From Nitrososphaerota archaeon (lineage in GTDB: Archaea > Thermoproteota > Nitrososphaeria > Nitrososphaerales > UBA57), in NCBI GenBank assembly GCA_024860875.1, contig JACPSZ010000013.1:7166-71165 (forward strand): a DNA stretch of 64,000 nt, read 5' to 3'. The translations under genes were made by a program, and so were the position numbers. Below, piece by piece: positions 17,142 to 26,275 of the stretch; position 1 is the first letter of the stretch; each line of letters starts with the position of its first letter. The notes under the pieces were generated by a model, which was not told where the DNA came from, made no database searches, and saw only the letters and a list, made by a program, of their open reading frames with translations.

Positions 17142-17828
17142 TTATTGCTTGTCCCTTACAGGGACGGGAGCTAATTCAGCCCCCTCAGTGTTGCTTCCAT
17201 ACAAAGCAATCAAGGCCTTCTTTTCAGCACGCCTTAGGATCTCAACCAAAGTTGATTTCGTTACACCCATCTCTTTGGCAAAAGCGGAGAGGTCCATCTT
17301 TCTAGGATAATCGAAGTAACCCCTGTCCAACGCACGCAGAATAATCTGGTGTTGCCTAGGTGTTAAGCTCCTTTGCTCTACAACCTTTGAGAGCTTTCTT
17401 ATTTCAATCTTGATACGCTCGTTCTCTAGCCTATTCAGGAATTGAGTAAGAGAGTTTCCATCAGGGAATGCAAGAGTCCATTCCACAGTCCCGTCTGAAC
17501 TAGGCCTTGAAGTAAAAAGGCAGCTTCTACAGAAGAGATTCGACTCCATAACGCTACTGCAGGCCACCGTCTGCCTAGAAAGAACTCTTCCAAGCGCTTT
17601 ACCAATCCGAGTGCTGGCCATATAGACATCCAAGACCATGGGGTTTCGCTTGATTTTCTCGACAACGCCTTCAAGCTCTTTGTCTGGAGTGTTCAACTCT
17701 ACAAGCTGTTGCGTGGTGCCCTCCCTTCCTGGCTTACAGTCCAAGATCCTTACTGTAGTGGGGGATTCGCTAGTTATATCGGATACCCAGTTTGGCATGG
17801 CCTTGAGCTTGAGAATTATTTCTCTCAA
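17142..17828 (-). CDS. HTH-10 family transcriptional regulator
   Basis: C-terminal LTPRQHQIILRALDRGYFDYPRKMDLSAFAKEMGVTKSTLVEILRRAEKK. It is a paralogue of 15012-15770. Confidence 0.7.
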   Translation of the reverse strand: MREIILKLKAMPNWVSDITSESPTTVRILDCKPGREGTTQQLVELNTPDKELEGVVEKIKRNPMVLDVYMASTRIGKALGRVLSRQTVACSSVMESNLFCRSCLFTSRPSSDGTVEWTLAFPDGNSLTQFLNRLENERIKIEIRKLSKVVEQRSLTPRQHQIILRALDRGYFDYPRKMDLSAFAKEMGVTKSTLVEILRRAEKKALIALYGSNTEGAELAPVPVRDKQ

Positions 17829-18037
17829 TAGTTTAATTGTAATGAAGGTGGTTAATAATCTAGGCGGTTAATTATCATTTTCGAGAGTATTCATCCCTTA
17901 GCCTTTGGTTCTATTGATATTAGATTAGACCCATTTTATCTCAAAAATATCTCCTCTTGAAACGAGAGGCGCGCGCGGATGAAGCGCCCTCACGCATTAG
18001 GGGTCTAGCCTGAGCAAGGGAAGATCGCTGAGACCTA

Positions 18038-18051
18038 CCGCACATGTACGG
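18038..18051. promoter_or_regulatory. motif A copy CCGCAC-AT-GTACGG
   Basis: Read directly within the GC-rich spacer upstream of the radical-SAM pair. Confidence 0.3.
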
Positions 18052-18233
18052 GGTAAGCCTAATTGCACCCGCCAAGTAGGTGTTGGGCATGGCCGAAGTT
18101 CAGAAAAAGGAACGACCCTCAGTGGTTTGTGCGGAACTCTCTTCGGTGGAATTTTGGTGAAACGGCTTGTTCGTACCCATAGGCTTCTTTTGCAATGATA
18201 AGCTGCGATTCCTTTCTCCGCGAGGTTTGAGGA

Positions 18234-19382
18234 ATGATCAGCATCTCTAAACTATACTGTGGTCAAAAGACTCCCGGTGATTCTCTAAGATACTCAGCCA
18301 CATCTCACAGTCGTCCCATTGTGGTCTGGAACTGCACAAGGCGTTGCAATCTGTACTGTTCACACTGCTACTCGAATTCCGAAAATAAGCTCTATCCGAA
18401 TGAGTTGACGAAAGACCAAGCTGAGCACATGATAAACGATTTGGCAGACTTTGGCGTGCCTGTTTTGCTCTTTTCGGGTGGCGAACCGTTGATGAGGAAG
18501 GGCATCTTCGAGCTTGCCGCACTGGCCAGTGAACATGGAATAAGGTGTGCGCTATCAACCAATGGAACCCTCATAACAAGATACACTGCGGGGAGAATCA
18601 AGAGAGCGGGCTTTTCATATGTAGGTATAAGCTTGGATGGCATCGGTGTAACAAATGACCTCTTCAGAGGACTGCATGGAGCCTACAACTTGGCTCTTAC
18701 GGGTATAAGAAATTGCTTGTCTGAGGGGATAAAAACTGGCCTGAGGTTCACCATGACAAGGTATACGCACAGAGATTTACCGGGGATCTTCAAGCTGGTC
18801 AGAGACGAGAAGATACCTCGTCTCTGCCTATACCATCTGGTCTATGTTGGGCGGGGCAGTGACATGGTCAAAGACGACCTCAGTGCACGAGAAACGCGGG
18901 ATACGATGGACTACATCCTAGAAATGTCTAGGAAAATCTACGAGTCTGAAAATGGTACTGAGATTTTGACAGTCGACAACCATGCTGATGGCGTGTATAC
19001 CTACCTTAAGCTAAGGTCTAAAGGTTCCGAACTCGCTACTCAGACTCTCGATCTCCTTAAGGTAAATGGAGGGAACAGCTCCGGTAAAGGTATAGGTTGT
19101 GTCGATTCAAATGGATTCGTCCACCTAGACCAGTTCTGGCGTCGCTACTCGCTAGGAAATGTAAAGGAGAGGAGATTCAGTGAGATTTGGACGGATGAAT
19201 CGGAGCCATTGCTGTATGCGGTAAGAAATCGAAAGAAGTTCCTGAAAGGGAGATGCTCGAAATGCAAGTTCCTAAATATATGCAATGGCAACCTAAGGGT
19301 CAGGGCTGAAGCTGTATACGGGGATGCTTGGGCCCCTGATCCTGCATGTTATCTTACCGATGGAGAGATAGGAGTCGCTTGA
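18234..19382 (+). CDS. ahbC: radical SAM/SPASM protein, AhbC (NirJ1)-like, alternative haem biosynthesis
   Basis: The N-terminus ISISKLYCGQKTPGDSLRYS...PIVVWNCTRRCNLYCSHCY is the NirJ1/AhbC-type signature as I remember it. It has a C-terminal Cys-rich SPASM segment (CSKCKFLNICNG). Confidence 0.6.
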   Translation: MISISKLYCGQKTPGDSLRYSATSHSRPIVVWNCTRRCNLYCSHCYSNSENKLYPNELTKDQAEHMINDLADFGVPVLLFSGGEPLMRKGIFELAALASEHGIRCALSTNGTLITRYTAGRIKRAGFSYVGISLDGIGVTNDLFRGLHGAYNLALTGIRNCLSEGIKTGLRFTMTRYTHRDLPGIFKLVRDEKIPRLCLYHLVYVGRGSDMVKDDLSARETRDTMDYILEMSRKIYESENGTEILTVDNHADGVYTYLKLRSKGSELATQTLDLLKVNGGNSSGKGIGCVDSNGFVHLDQFWRRYSLGNVKERRFSEIWTDESEPLLYAVRNRKKFLKGRCSKCKFLNICNGNLRVRAEAVYGDAWAPDPACYLTDGEIGVA

Positions 19383-19388
19383 TAGCGC

Positions 19389-20516
19389 TTGAGCATGAGA
19401 GGTGAACTCGCAAAGTGGAACTTTGATGAAAAGCCACTACTGGTATTCTGGGAGACTACAAAGGCCTGCCTGTTGGCTTGCAGACATTGCAGAGCAGAGG
19501 CAATTAGGAATGGTCTGCCTGGAGAGCTGACCACAGAAGAAGCGATGGCACTAATCGATCAAGTACTGAAGTTCGACGAGCCTCGTCCTGCACTCATATT
19601 TACCGGCGGAGATCTGCTCATGCGGAAAGACATATTTGAGCTCATCGAATCTGCAGTTAGAAAGGGGCTTAGGGTAGCTGCAGCTCCAAGCGTTACACCT
19701 CTTCTCACTCCAGATGTCATCTTTTCATTCAGAAGGATCGGGGTGCAAGCGATTTCAGTAAGCCTTGATGGTGCATGCGCTGAAACCCATGATACCATGA
19801 GGGGTGTACCTGGCAATTTCGATTCGACCGTTAAGATCTTGGAACATGCAACCAAATTAGGCCTAAGAGTCCAAGCGAATACCACAGTCATGAAGAGCAA
19901 TCACACCGAGCTCGCAGATATCTTTCACCTTCTTCGACTATTACGGGTACCTGCCTGGGAGGTCTTCTTCTTGATCCGAACAGGAAGAGGGGCTGAGCTC
20001 CAAGATCTTGAGCCTCAGCACTACGAAGATGTAATGCATTTTCTTTACGATGCTTCACATTATGGGATAACAATAAGGACGACCGAAGGGCCCCATTTCA
20101 GGAGGGTTGTTTCACAGAGACTCAAGGATGTGGACAAACCTCAAACAGGGACACTCTACGAGATGCTAGCTTCTCGCTTAAGAGAATTGGAGGGCCCTGC
20201 GGATAGCGACCTTAAGGCTCAGACTACTGGCACAAGAGATGGAAAAGGAATCATATTTGTGGCATATGACGGTCAGATATTTCCGAGCGGTTTTCTGCCA
20301 ATGAGTCTGGGAAACATAAGGAACAACGAACTCAAGGAAGTCTACTCCAACAACCCAATCCTTAGGGCGATTAGAAGATCGAGCAACCTTAAGGGCAGGT
20401 GTGGCTTCTGTGAATACAGAGAGTTATGTGGAGGCTCCAGATCGCGTGCTTATGCCTTCTACCAAGATCCATTCCAAGAGGATCCAGCTTGCATCTTTCA
20501 ACCTATGATCGCTTGA
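19389..20516 (+). CDS. ahbD: radical SAM/SPASM protein, AhbD (NirJ2)-like haem synthase
   Basis: PLLVFWETTKACLLACRHCRAEA cluster motif. C-terminal CGFCEYRELCGGSRSRAY SPASM segment. Confidence 0.6.
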   Translation: MSMRGELAKWNFDEKPLLVFWETTKACLLACRHCRAEAIRNGLPGELTTEEAMALIDQVLKFDEPRPALIFTGGDLLMRKDIFELIESAVRKGLRVAAAPSVTPLLTPDVIFSFRRIGVQAISVSLDGACAETHDTMRGVPGNFDSTVKILEHATKLGLRVQANTTVMKSNHTELADIFHLLRLLRVPAWEVFFLIRTGRGAELQDLEPQHYEDVMHFLYDASHYGITIRTTEGPHFRRVVSQRLKDVDKPQTGTLYEMLASRLRELEGPADSDLKAQTTGTRDGKGIIFVAYDGQIFPSGFLPMSLGNIRNNELKEVYSNNPILRAIRRSSNLKGRCGFCEYRELCGGSRSRAYAFYQDPFQEDPACIFQPMIA

Positions 20517-20543
20517 CCACGAATATATTGCCGAAAGAAAATT

Positions 20544-20888
20544 CTAGTCAACCCACTCGTGGCTACCATCAATGTATACTTCTTTCTTAAACAACGCGGG
20601 CTCAGTCTTATAGCGTTTAACGGATTCTTTCATAGCTGAGAAGACATTCTCCCTTCTAGGTCCACCTACCGCGACCAGCACAATGGGTTCTCCGATCTGA
20701 AATTCCCCTATGAGATGATAAATTGACACCAGTTGAACCTTAAACTTCTTCTTGACTTCATCGCATATCTCTAAGATTGTCTCATTCGCGTGCTTCTAAT
20801 ATGACTCCATTTCAAGTTTGACGACTTCCCTACAATCCTTCCCTTCGCGACGAGCAACTCCCATGAAGAATAATAATGCACCAGAGAG
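20544..20888 (-). pseudogene. moaE: molybdopterin synthase catalytic subunit MoaE, N-terminally truncated/chimeric and interrupted by an in-frame TAG (20796-20798)
   Basis: GALLFFMGVARREGKDCREVVKLEMESY[TAG]KHANETILEICDEVKKKFKVQLVSIYHLIGEFQIGEPIVLVAVGGPRRENVF...ALFKKE aligns along MoaE (GA.V.F.G.VR...LE.Y...HR.G.L..GE......HR..AF...P.WK.E). Upstream in frame is a fragment of an unrelated Ig-like gene. Confidence 0.6.
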
Positions 20889-20911
20889 CGCGCGCTGTAC
20901 CTGTCCTACAC

Positions 20912-20970
20912 CAAATGTAACTGTAGCAGTCGCGATTCTACCTGCATTGTCAGTCGCAGAAATCGACATT
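20912..20970 (-). repeat. fragment of the 3' end of an Ig-like-domain gene (paralogue of 31320-31817)
   Basis: Encodes ISATDNAGRIATATVTFGV, versus ISVTDDAGRIATTTVTFGV in 31320-31817. The nucleotide match to 31352-31410 was read by eye. Confidence 0.6.
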
Positions 20971-21250
20971 AAATCAGGTACGATTTTGTTCTCAGTATGA
21001 TGAAGGTTGAGAATATTATCATGGACGCAATATGCAGAGATGGTCCAGGTTCTGCTCCTATCAGCAGCTCGACAATCTCTCCCATGAGCCATATCCAAGC
21101 AACGATTAACATTTGCACCCTGAAATCCCCCATACCGCGGATACCCTTGATCTTTAGTGCTCTTAGCGTGGCCAGTAGAAATGCTATTAGCGAAACCGCT
21201 ACCAAGAAAGCCGTTATGATAAAAGAAATTTGTGTCAGCTCAGTCGCCAA
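20969..21250 (-). CDS. hypothetical small membrane protein
   Basis: 93-aa ORF with hydrophobic helices. Its 3' end runs into the repeat fragment, so the gene model is uncertain. Confidence 0.3.
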   Translation of the reverse strand: MATELTQISFIITAFLVAVSLIAFLLATLRALKIKGIRGMGDFRVQMLIVAWIWLMGEIVELLIGAEPGPSLHIASMIIFSTFIILRTKSYLI

Positions 21251-21545
21251 TTGTTACAGCCTCCAATTCCATCTTTCTCTCCCTTCCACTCTTCAAATAA
21301 TAGAGTGCAAACACGGCAAAGAGTGATGCTGATATGGGTAGAAGGATCAGGTCGGCAAGGATTACTAGGTTAAGATATTCGGCCAAATGATATAGGGAAT
21401 GGATGAAGCTACCAGTGCCTAGAAGGAGAGACATGTTAAAGAGCGTTCTCTGTCCTCTTAGTCCTATCTTGAGGGATATGGAGAGGAGGATCAGTGCGGC
21501 TATCGCGAGGAAGATAAACGCAACGAAGTGAGCTGGGTGGGACAA
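21240..21545 (-). CDS. hypothetical small membrane protein
   Basis: 101-aa ORF with three hydrophobic helices. Confidence 0.35.
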   Translation of the reverse strand: MSHPAHFVAFIFLAIAALILLSISLKIGLRGQRTLFNMSLLLGTGSFIHSLYHLAEYLNLVILADLILLPISASLFAVFALYYLKSGRERKMELEAVTIGD

Positions 21546-21666
21546 TCTTTTTCACATTTGTATCTAGTGTCTTATCTAGCTTTATGAAACTTGTTCTGAC
21601 AAATATCAAAAATATGGTGGTAGAAGGAAATCCTTCTACTTACTCTTGCCCCCGAATGCTTTCCCT

Positions 21667-22200
21667 CTAGCCTCTTGGCAGAACGAGTAGTGCTCCCTCC
21701 ATCGAAGGAGAATGTGTCTTGCAGGTTATCCTGAACGTTCCCGCCTTGTCTGCTATGAAGCTTACCGTTGTTAGTTCACCACGCTTTACCACAAATTGCT
21801 TGTCATACCCCTCTATTTCGGTGGTATGTGTAGCACCATTTACTCCGAGAATATTTAGTGTTACACGATCCCCCTGCTGTGCGACCAGATACGCCGGTTG
21901 CCAAACATATGTTTCGACTACCCAGTTTCCATCCTTGTCAGGTTCTTTCAGTACATATCCTCCTCCTGCAGGAAGCATCTGGGTTGGGAAAGGTTCCTTG
22001 CTCACTGAAGCAGTGCCCTTGGGTTCAATTGCTGACAAGTAAAAGGTTCTTTCAGTCGGTTGTACGGGTGTTTTGCTGAACGTTAGCATCAACGCTGCTC
22101 CAGAAATTACTAGGGCTATGACAGAAAGCGCTCCCAACACATATACAGTTTTTTGAGTCAACTTTTCTTGCCTCCAGAGCCTATAGCTAAGCACTCGCAA
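21667..22200 (-). CDS. membrane-anchored cupredoxin (type-1 blue copper protein-like)
   Basis: N-terminal TM helix. Ligand pattern GATHTTEI ... CKTHSPSMEG (His, Cys-x2-His-x3-Met). Confidence 0.65.
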   Translation of the reverse strand: MRVLSYRLWRQEKLTQKTVYVLGALSVIALVISGAALMLTFSKTPVQPTERTFYLSAIEPKGTASVSKEPFPTQMLPAGGGYVLKEPDKDGNWVVETYVWQPAYLVAQQGDRVTLNILGVNGATHTTEIEGYDKQFVVKRGELTTVSFIADKAGTFRITCKTHSPSMEGALLVLPRG

Positions 22201-22296
22201 TTAAGTGGGGCGGACCTTTCCCGAAAGTGGGTCCCAACACTGGGAATATCCTTTTACCACTCTTCGCTACTCTGCAAGTAATGTCTGGGATTCTCA

Positions 22297-22653
22297 ATGT
22301 TGTACTCCACCGTCAAAAATGAAGAAGAGCGACAGAGCATATTGAATGCACTTGCTGACGAACAATCCCGACTAATTCTGCAAGCGACCCGCTACAAAGC
22401 GAAATCTGCGAGCGATCTGATGCGGGAGGATGGAATCCCAAAGACCTCATTGTACAGGAAGATGACTGAACTCCTCAAAGCCGGGTTAATTCTCGTCGAT
22501 AGGTTTGAAATAACGCCTGACGGTAAGAAATTCGAACTCTTCATAAGCAAATACGAGAATATCGAGATTCAGTTTGGAGATCCTATGCAAATCAAAGTCA
22601 CTTTCAGCAGGCTATTTACTGCCAAGGCAAGCAGATTCTTTTCTCTGGATTAG
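22297..22653 (+). CDS. winged-helix (ArsR/TrmB-like) transcriptional regulator
   Basis: ILNALADEQSRLILQAT...SASDLMREDGIPKTSLYRKMTELLKAGLI. Confidence 0.6.
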   Translation: MLYSTVKNEEERQSILNALADEQSRLILQATRYKAKSASDLMREDGIPKTSLYRKMTELLKAGLILVDRFEITPDGKKFELFISKYENIEIQFGDPMQIKVTFSRLFTAKASRFFSLD

Positions 22654-22687
22654 TTGTGGGGGAGCCCGAATTGTGATTGCATTGCAA

Positions 22688-24298
22688 TTAGGTCCACCTT
22701 ATCTCGAAGGTCTCCCCTCTTAAAGCAAGAGGAGTAAATGGAATTCCCAACCCGAAATAGAACTTGGATAGCCACTCGTAGAGATGTAGCCTCAAATCTT
22801 GGATGTATACGATCAGCCCTTCTAGCGCCATCTGCCCGATATGCAAGACTGCAGCCAAAGGAATCCCGAGAATTCCCAACTCCAATACTCGGTTAACCAA
22901 GGAGCCGAGGGCTGTGCTGACGATCAGGAGCACCCCAAGTCTTGCATAGCTTATGGTATTTCCCAAGAACTCGATCGGCCTTAAGATCGCCTCTGCCAGG
23001 CCTTCCCCGATGGCCTTAACCACTTTGCCATGTTTGTTGGTTTGGGCCAAGTAGGCCAATGGTCGACCCAATATGAGTGTCAAGAAGGAGCCTGTTAGTA
23101 TGGGGAAGGAGACTATGGCAACGAGTGATACGGGGACATGCCAACCTAAGAGTTGCTCAAAGCCAGAAATGGAAGAATTACTTACAAAGATTTCCTGCCA
23201 TTGAAACTGTACTCCCGATAATGCGAGGGTGAAGGGCACGGCAGAGGAATATAGCAGAAGAGTTGGTAAGTGGTTCAGTAGTGCGTCGATGTAATTCCTA
23301 GAGCGGATTTGGTTAATAACGGCGATAGCGTAAGCAGAAGCTAGATGGAACGTTCCTATGATTACGGCTACCTCAAGCAGAAGCAATGCTGAATCAGGGC
23401 TGAAAGGTCCAGCTAAGATTCTTGAAAAAGGGAATAGATGGCTGAATGGCGTAGGAAAATCAAAGCCAAAGATTATTCCTGTTATTGATCCCGTAGCGAC
23501 TGCTGCTAAACCTAACACCGCCAGCACTCTTCCCCAATACCTGTACTTTCCTTTACCTCTGAATGCTAGGCTTAGACCTAGGGCAAGTAAGACCATCCCA
23601 TGGCCAAGGTCAGCGAACATTATGCCAAAGAACGCTGGAAAGACGAAGGCAATTATGGGCGTTGGGTCTATCTCGTTGTATCTTGGGACTCCTCCAGCGA
23701 GCGCGATATTTTCAAAAAGAGATATGACTCTGGGATTTACGATTAGAGAAGGGATGTATGGCTCCAGCGATAGCCTTCCCTTTACAGGTTCTGCTGAAAC
23801 CAAGTATTCTTGAATATGGGTGCGAAAAGATTCAACCAAGTGGGAGGGAATAAATCCCTCTATAGCCACAAATCTTTTCAAGCTTGGAAGTACTTTGATC
23901 CTGCGGACATTATTGAAGACTGCTAAGGCAGCTTCGCGCATAGCTCTGAGCCGTAGATAAGTTTCGGACTTATTAGAATCTGGTTGCCCCAATTCAAACT
24001 TGATCTCTACCAACTCTTTTGTCAACACATTTACTAGGTCTAGAAGATCCCTTGCTCTAAACATCGAACGCACGCTCAATTTCTGCTCCTGCTCTAACGG
24101 TTGTCCTGTCAACAACTCGTTAGCTTCCGAATATACAAAGTGTGCACGGGAACTCAAATGCAGTAGCTCGGGATCATCCACAAGGTCTCTTCTGTCCGAT
24201 GGATGGAACGCTGTGAATTCACAGAGTCGGCTTGAGAGGATTCTCAACTCACTCTTTGGGCATACAAGGGTTACCCGATTGAGCTTTACTATAGCCAT
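22688..24298 (-). CDS. atpI: A/V-type ATP synthase subunit I (membrane a-subunit homologue), short form
   Basis: N-terminal soluble domain (MAIVKLNRVTLVCPKSE...), multi-TM C-terminal half with an ISYARLGVL segment. Confidence 0.65.
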   Translation of the reverse strand: MAIVKLNRVTLVCPKSELRILSSRLCEFTAFHPSDRRDLVDDPELLHLSSRAHFVYSEANELLTGQPLEQEQKLSVRSMFRARDLLDLVNVLTKELVEIKFELGQPDSNKSETYLRLRAMREAALAVFNNVRRIKVLPSLKRFVAIEGFIPSHLVESFRTHIQEYLVSAEPVKGRLSLEPYIPSLIVNPRVISLFENIALAGGVPRYNEIDPTPIIAFVFPAFFGIMFADLGHGMVLLALGLSLAFRGKGKYRYWGRVLAVLGLAAVATGSITGIIFGFDFPTPFSHLFPFSRILAGPFSPDSALLLLEVAVIIGTFHLASAYAIAVINQIRSRNYIDALLNHLPTLLLYSSAVPFTLALSGVQFQWQEIFVSNSSISGFEQLLGWHVPVSLVAIVSFPILTGSFLTLILGRPLAYLAQTNKHGKVVKAIGEGLAEAILRPIEFLGNTISYARLGVLLIVSTALGSLVNRVLELGILGIPLAAVLHIGQMALEGLIVYIQDLRLHLYEWLSKFYFGLGIPFTPLALRGETFEIRWT

Positions 24299-24321
24299 TT
24301 TTGGCGCTTCCGAGCATCTGG

Positions 24322-24756
24322 TTATCTAACTACCAGCACTGGGCAGGAAGCGTATTGCACTAATCCGATAGCCACGCTACCCATCAGCATTCTCCTAGAT
24401 GGTGTCATTCCTCGAGTTCCAGTTACAACCAATTCTACTTGGTTGGATTCAGCGTAACCAAGTATCGCTTCCGTGATTGATGAGGCATCAACAAGAACCT
24501 CTACTCGTGCTCCTACACCATGTCTTGCAGCGGTGCTTTCCACATCTCGCAACCACCTCTTTGCCCTCCGCCTTGCCTCATCGTAATAGATGGCAATATC
24601 ACCTGAGAATTCGAAGGGCGGCTTGGGAACCACGTGGAGTGCAATGAGCTCAGCGCCTTCGTGCTTTGCAAGCAAAGCTGCATGGTTTACAGCCTTTAAA
24701 GATACCTCAGAACCGTCTACAGCAACTAGGATTCGTTTGAAACCAGACTCAGACAA
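24322..24756 (-). CDS. universal stress protein (UspA family)
   Basis: ILVAVDGSE...VVTGTRGM...LMGSVAIGLVQYASCPVLVV. Confidence 0.9.
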   Translation of the reverse strand: MSESGFKRILVAVDGSEVSLKAVNHAALLAKHEGAELIALHVVPKPPFEFSGDIAIYYDEARRRAKRWLRDVESTAARHGVGARVEVLVDASSITEAILGYAESNQVELVVTGTRGMTPSRRMLMGSVAIGLVQYASCPVLVVR

Positions 24757-25162
24757 TTGGAGGCACGCATTGGTTAGTTAAAGGCGATACATAAGCTATG
24801 TTGTAATGGGTTCTGTTGACTTGGTGTGGCACGATATGATCATCCTCCTTTTTACTATCCCCATATACGAGGAATCATGCAGGGGCGGGTTTGCCATGCA
24901 ATCTTACACATATTATCATAAATATGTTAGAACGGTTCTAATAACTCTTCGGGAGATCCGAAAGTCGACTTCTGATAAACCGAAAGACCCACTAATTATC
25001 ATGTCTATAGGGGCCCCTATCGTTATCTAGGGCCCTAGAGGGGGGTATAAAAAGCGGACAAATGGGATAACCCGGGAAGTTATTAGAACCGTCAGAACAA
25101 CCTAACAGAACCAAATTTCGATAGGTTTATCAGTCTTTCCCACACTATTCCCACCAATAGTT

Positions 25163-25399
25163 ATGACCGAAACAGTCGTCGATTCTAAGGGCAGGGTTGT
25201 GATCCCAAAGGAAGTGCGCAGACTTCTAGGCCTAAGAGAAGGATCTAAGTTGAAGCTGAGTATCGAAGGGAGGAGGATATCGGTCTATCCTCCCGTTAAG
25301 GCAGAAGATTTCATTAAGGAAATGGAGGGATATGTAAAAGAAGTCATTCCTGAAAGCCCTCTATTGGTAAAGAAGATCTGGGAGCCAAAGGTTAAATGA
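25163..25399 (+). CDS. vapB: AbrB/SpoVT-family antitoxin (VapB-like)
   Basis: VDSKGRVVIPKEVRRLLGL swapped-hairpin motif. 4-nt overlap with the PIN gene. Confidence 0.8.
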   Translation: MTETVVDSKGRVVIPKEVRRLLGLREGSKLKLSIEGRRISVYPPVKAEDFIKEMEGYVKEVIPESPLLVKKIWEPKVK

Positions 25400-25821
25400 T
25401 GTGCATAGATAGCAACATATGGATTTATTACCTGAGTTCAAAGGCGAAGGAGCATAAAGTTGTGGCAAGAGTTATGCGAAAGACCCTCCTAGAGGAGGAG
25501 ATCATGCTAAATCCGTCCATCATCCTAGAAGTGGCCCATTACTTTAGGTCGCTGCCAAAGGAGAAACTTCTGAAGATAATAGAAAGTATGATCAGTCTTC
25601 AGAATGTGGTCTTTGTGGGGCTAGACATACCCCTGCTTCAGAACTCAGTTGCGGTATTGGCTGAATATTCAAAGAGAGGGTTTGGGGCTAGGGATGCGAC
25701 GATACTCGCCTCCATGCAACAAACCGGCATTAAAAGAATAATGACCCATGACGCAGTATTCGGGGGGATCGAAGGCATAGAGGTCTTTGATCCATTACGA
25801 AGAAGCTCCTTACCAACTTAG
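25396..25821 (+). CDS. vapC: PIN-domain ribonuclease toxin (VapC)
   Basis: N-terminal CIDSNIWIYY and later GARDATILASM acidic residues typical of PIN. Confidence 0.8.
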   Translation: MMCIDSNIWIYYLSSKAKEHKVVARVMRKTLLEEEIMLNPSIILEVAHYFRSLPKEKLLKIIESMISLQNVVFVGLDIPLLQNSVAVLAEYSKRGFGARDATILASMQQTGIKRIMTHDAVFGGIEGIEVFDPLRRSSLPT

Positions 25822-25954
25822 TCCGTGCTTGGCTTCAAAGGGTGAGGGCCAATTATGCCCGTTATCTCGAATGCCTTGGGTTAACATGGGTACCAATGTT
25901 ATAGGTGGAAGCTAGGAGTGTTTCGACCCATCCTTCTTACGGCTGAAGGCGGAA

Positions 25955-26046
25955 CGTAGCAGGATCTCCCTGCTCACCATGCTCTAGCTTCCAATTTGAT
26001 GCTCATGCGCACGACTTATTTTTGGATTTAGCCGAACTTGTACGGG
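25955..26046 (+). repeat. direct repeat copy A (30-nt identical core CGTAGCAGGATCTCCCTGCTCACCATGCTC, then TTATTTTTGGATTTAGCCGAACTTGTACGGG including motif A at 26032-26045)
   Basis: Aligned by eye with 29615-29704. Confidence 0.75.
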
Positions 26047-26275
26047 GAAATCAGAATGATCTTTTTCACATAATGCTGCAAGGAACTTCGACCGCATAAC
26101 TTCTAAGATTAATTGCAATAGAGGGAGACTAGGTTGATGACTCGACATAGGTTATTGTAACGAGCAGGATATGCCTACTCATTAGATTCCTAACACCCTA
26201 GTCTCCTTTCCCTTGCAATCACGAGTCTAAAAAAAAGAAAACGTAATGGTTGCCCTTTTGAAGCAACCTATTGCT

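Noticed and set aside
17941-18233. Identification of the GC-rich spacer as RNase P RNA or SRP RNA
   Set aside because: I could not find the conserved RNase P blocks in the right order, or the SRP helix-8 motif, on either strand. It is kept only as an unassigned candidate in the findings.
18234-20516. Radical-SAM/SPASM pair as PqqE (PQQ biosynthesis), given pqqC and quinoproteins in the window
   Set aside because: The N-terminal signatures (ISKLYCG..D.LRY.. and PLLVFWETTKAC..CRHCRAEA) match my memory of NirJ1/NirJ2 (AhbC/AhbD) rather than PqqE. There is no pqqA- or pqqD-like gene adjacent. This remains a by-eye judgement.
20796-20798. In-frame TAG in moaE as a pyrrolysine codon, tempting because a corrinoid/methyltransferase pair is nearby
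   Set aside because: No pyl genes or methylamine methyltransferase genes are visible. The moaE gene is also N-terminally replaced by foreign sequence, so a pseudogene is the simpler reading.
24806-25030. 74-aa ORF in the USP/vapBC spacer
   Set aside because: It spans the palindrome-rich non-coding region and has no recognisable features or translational coupling.
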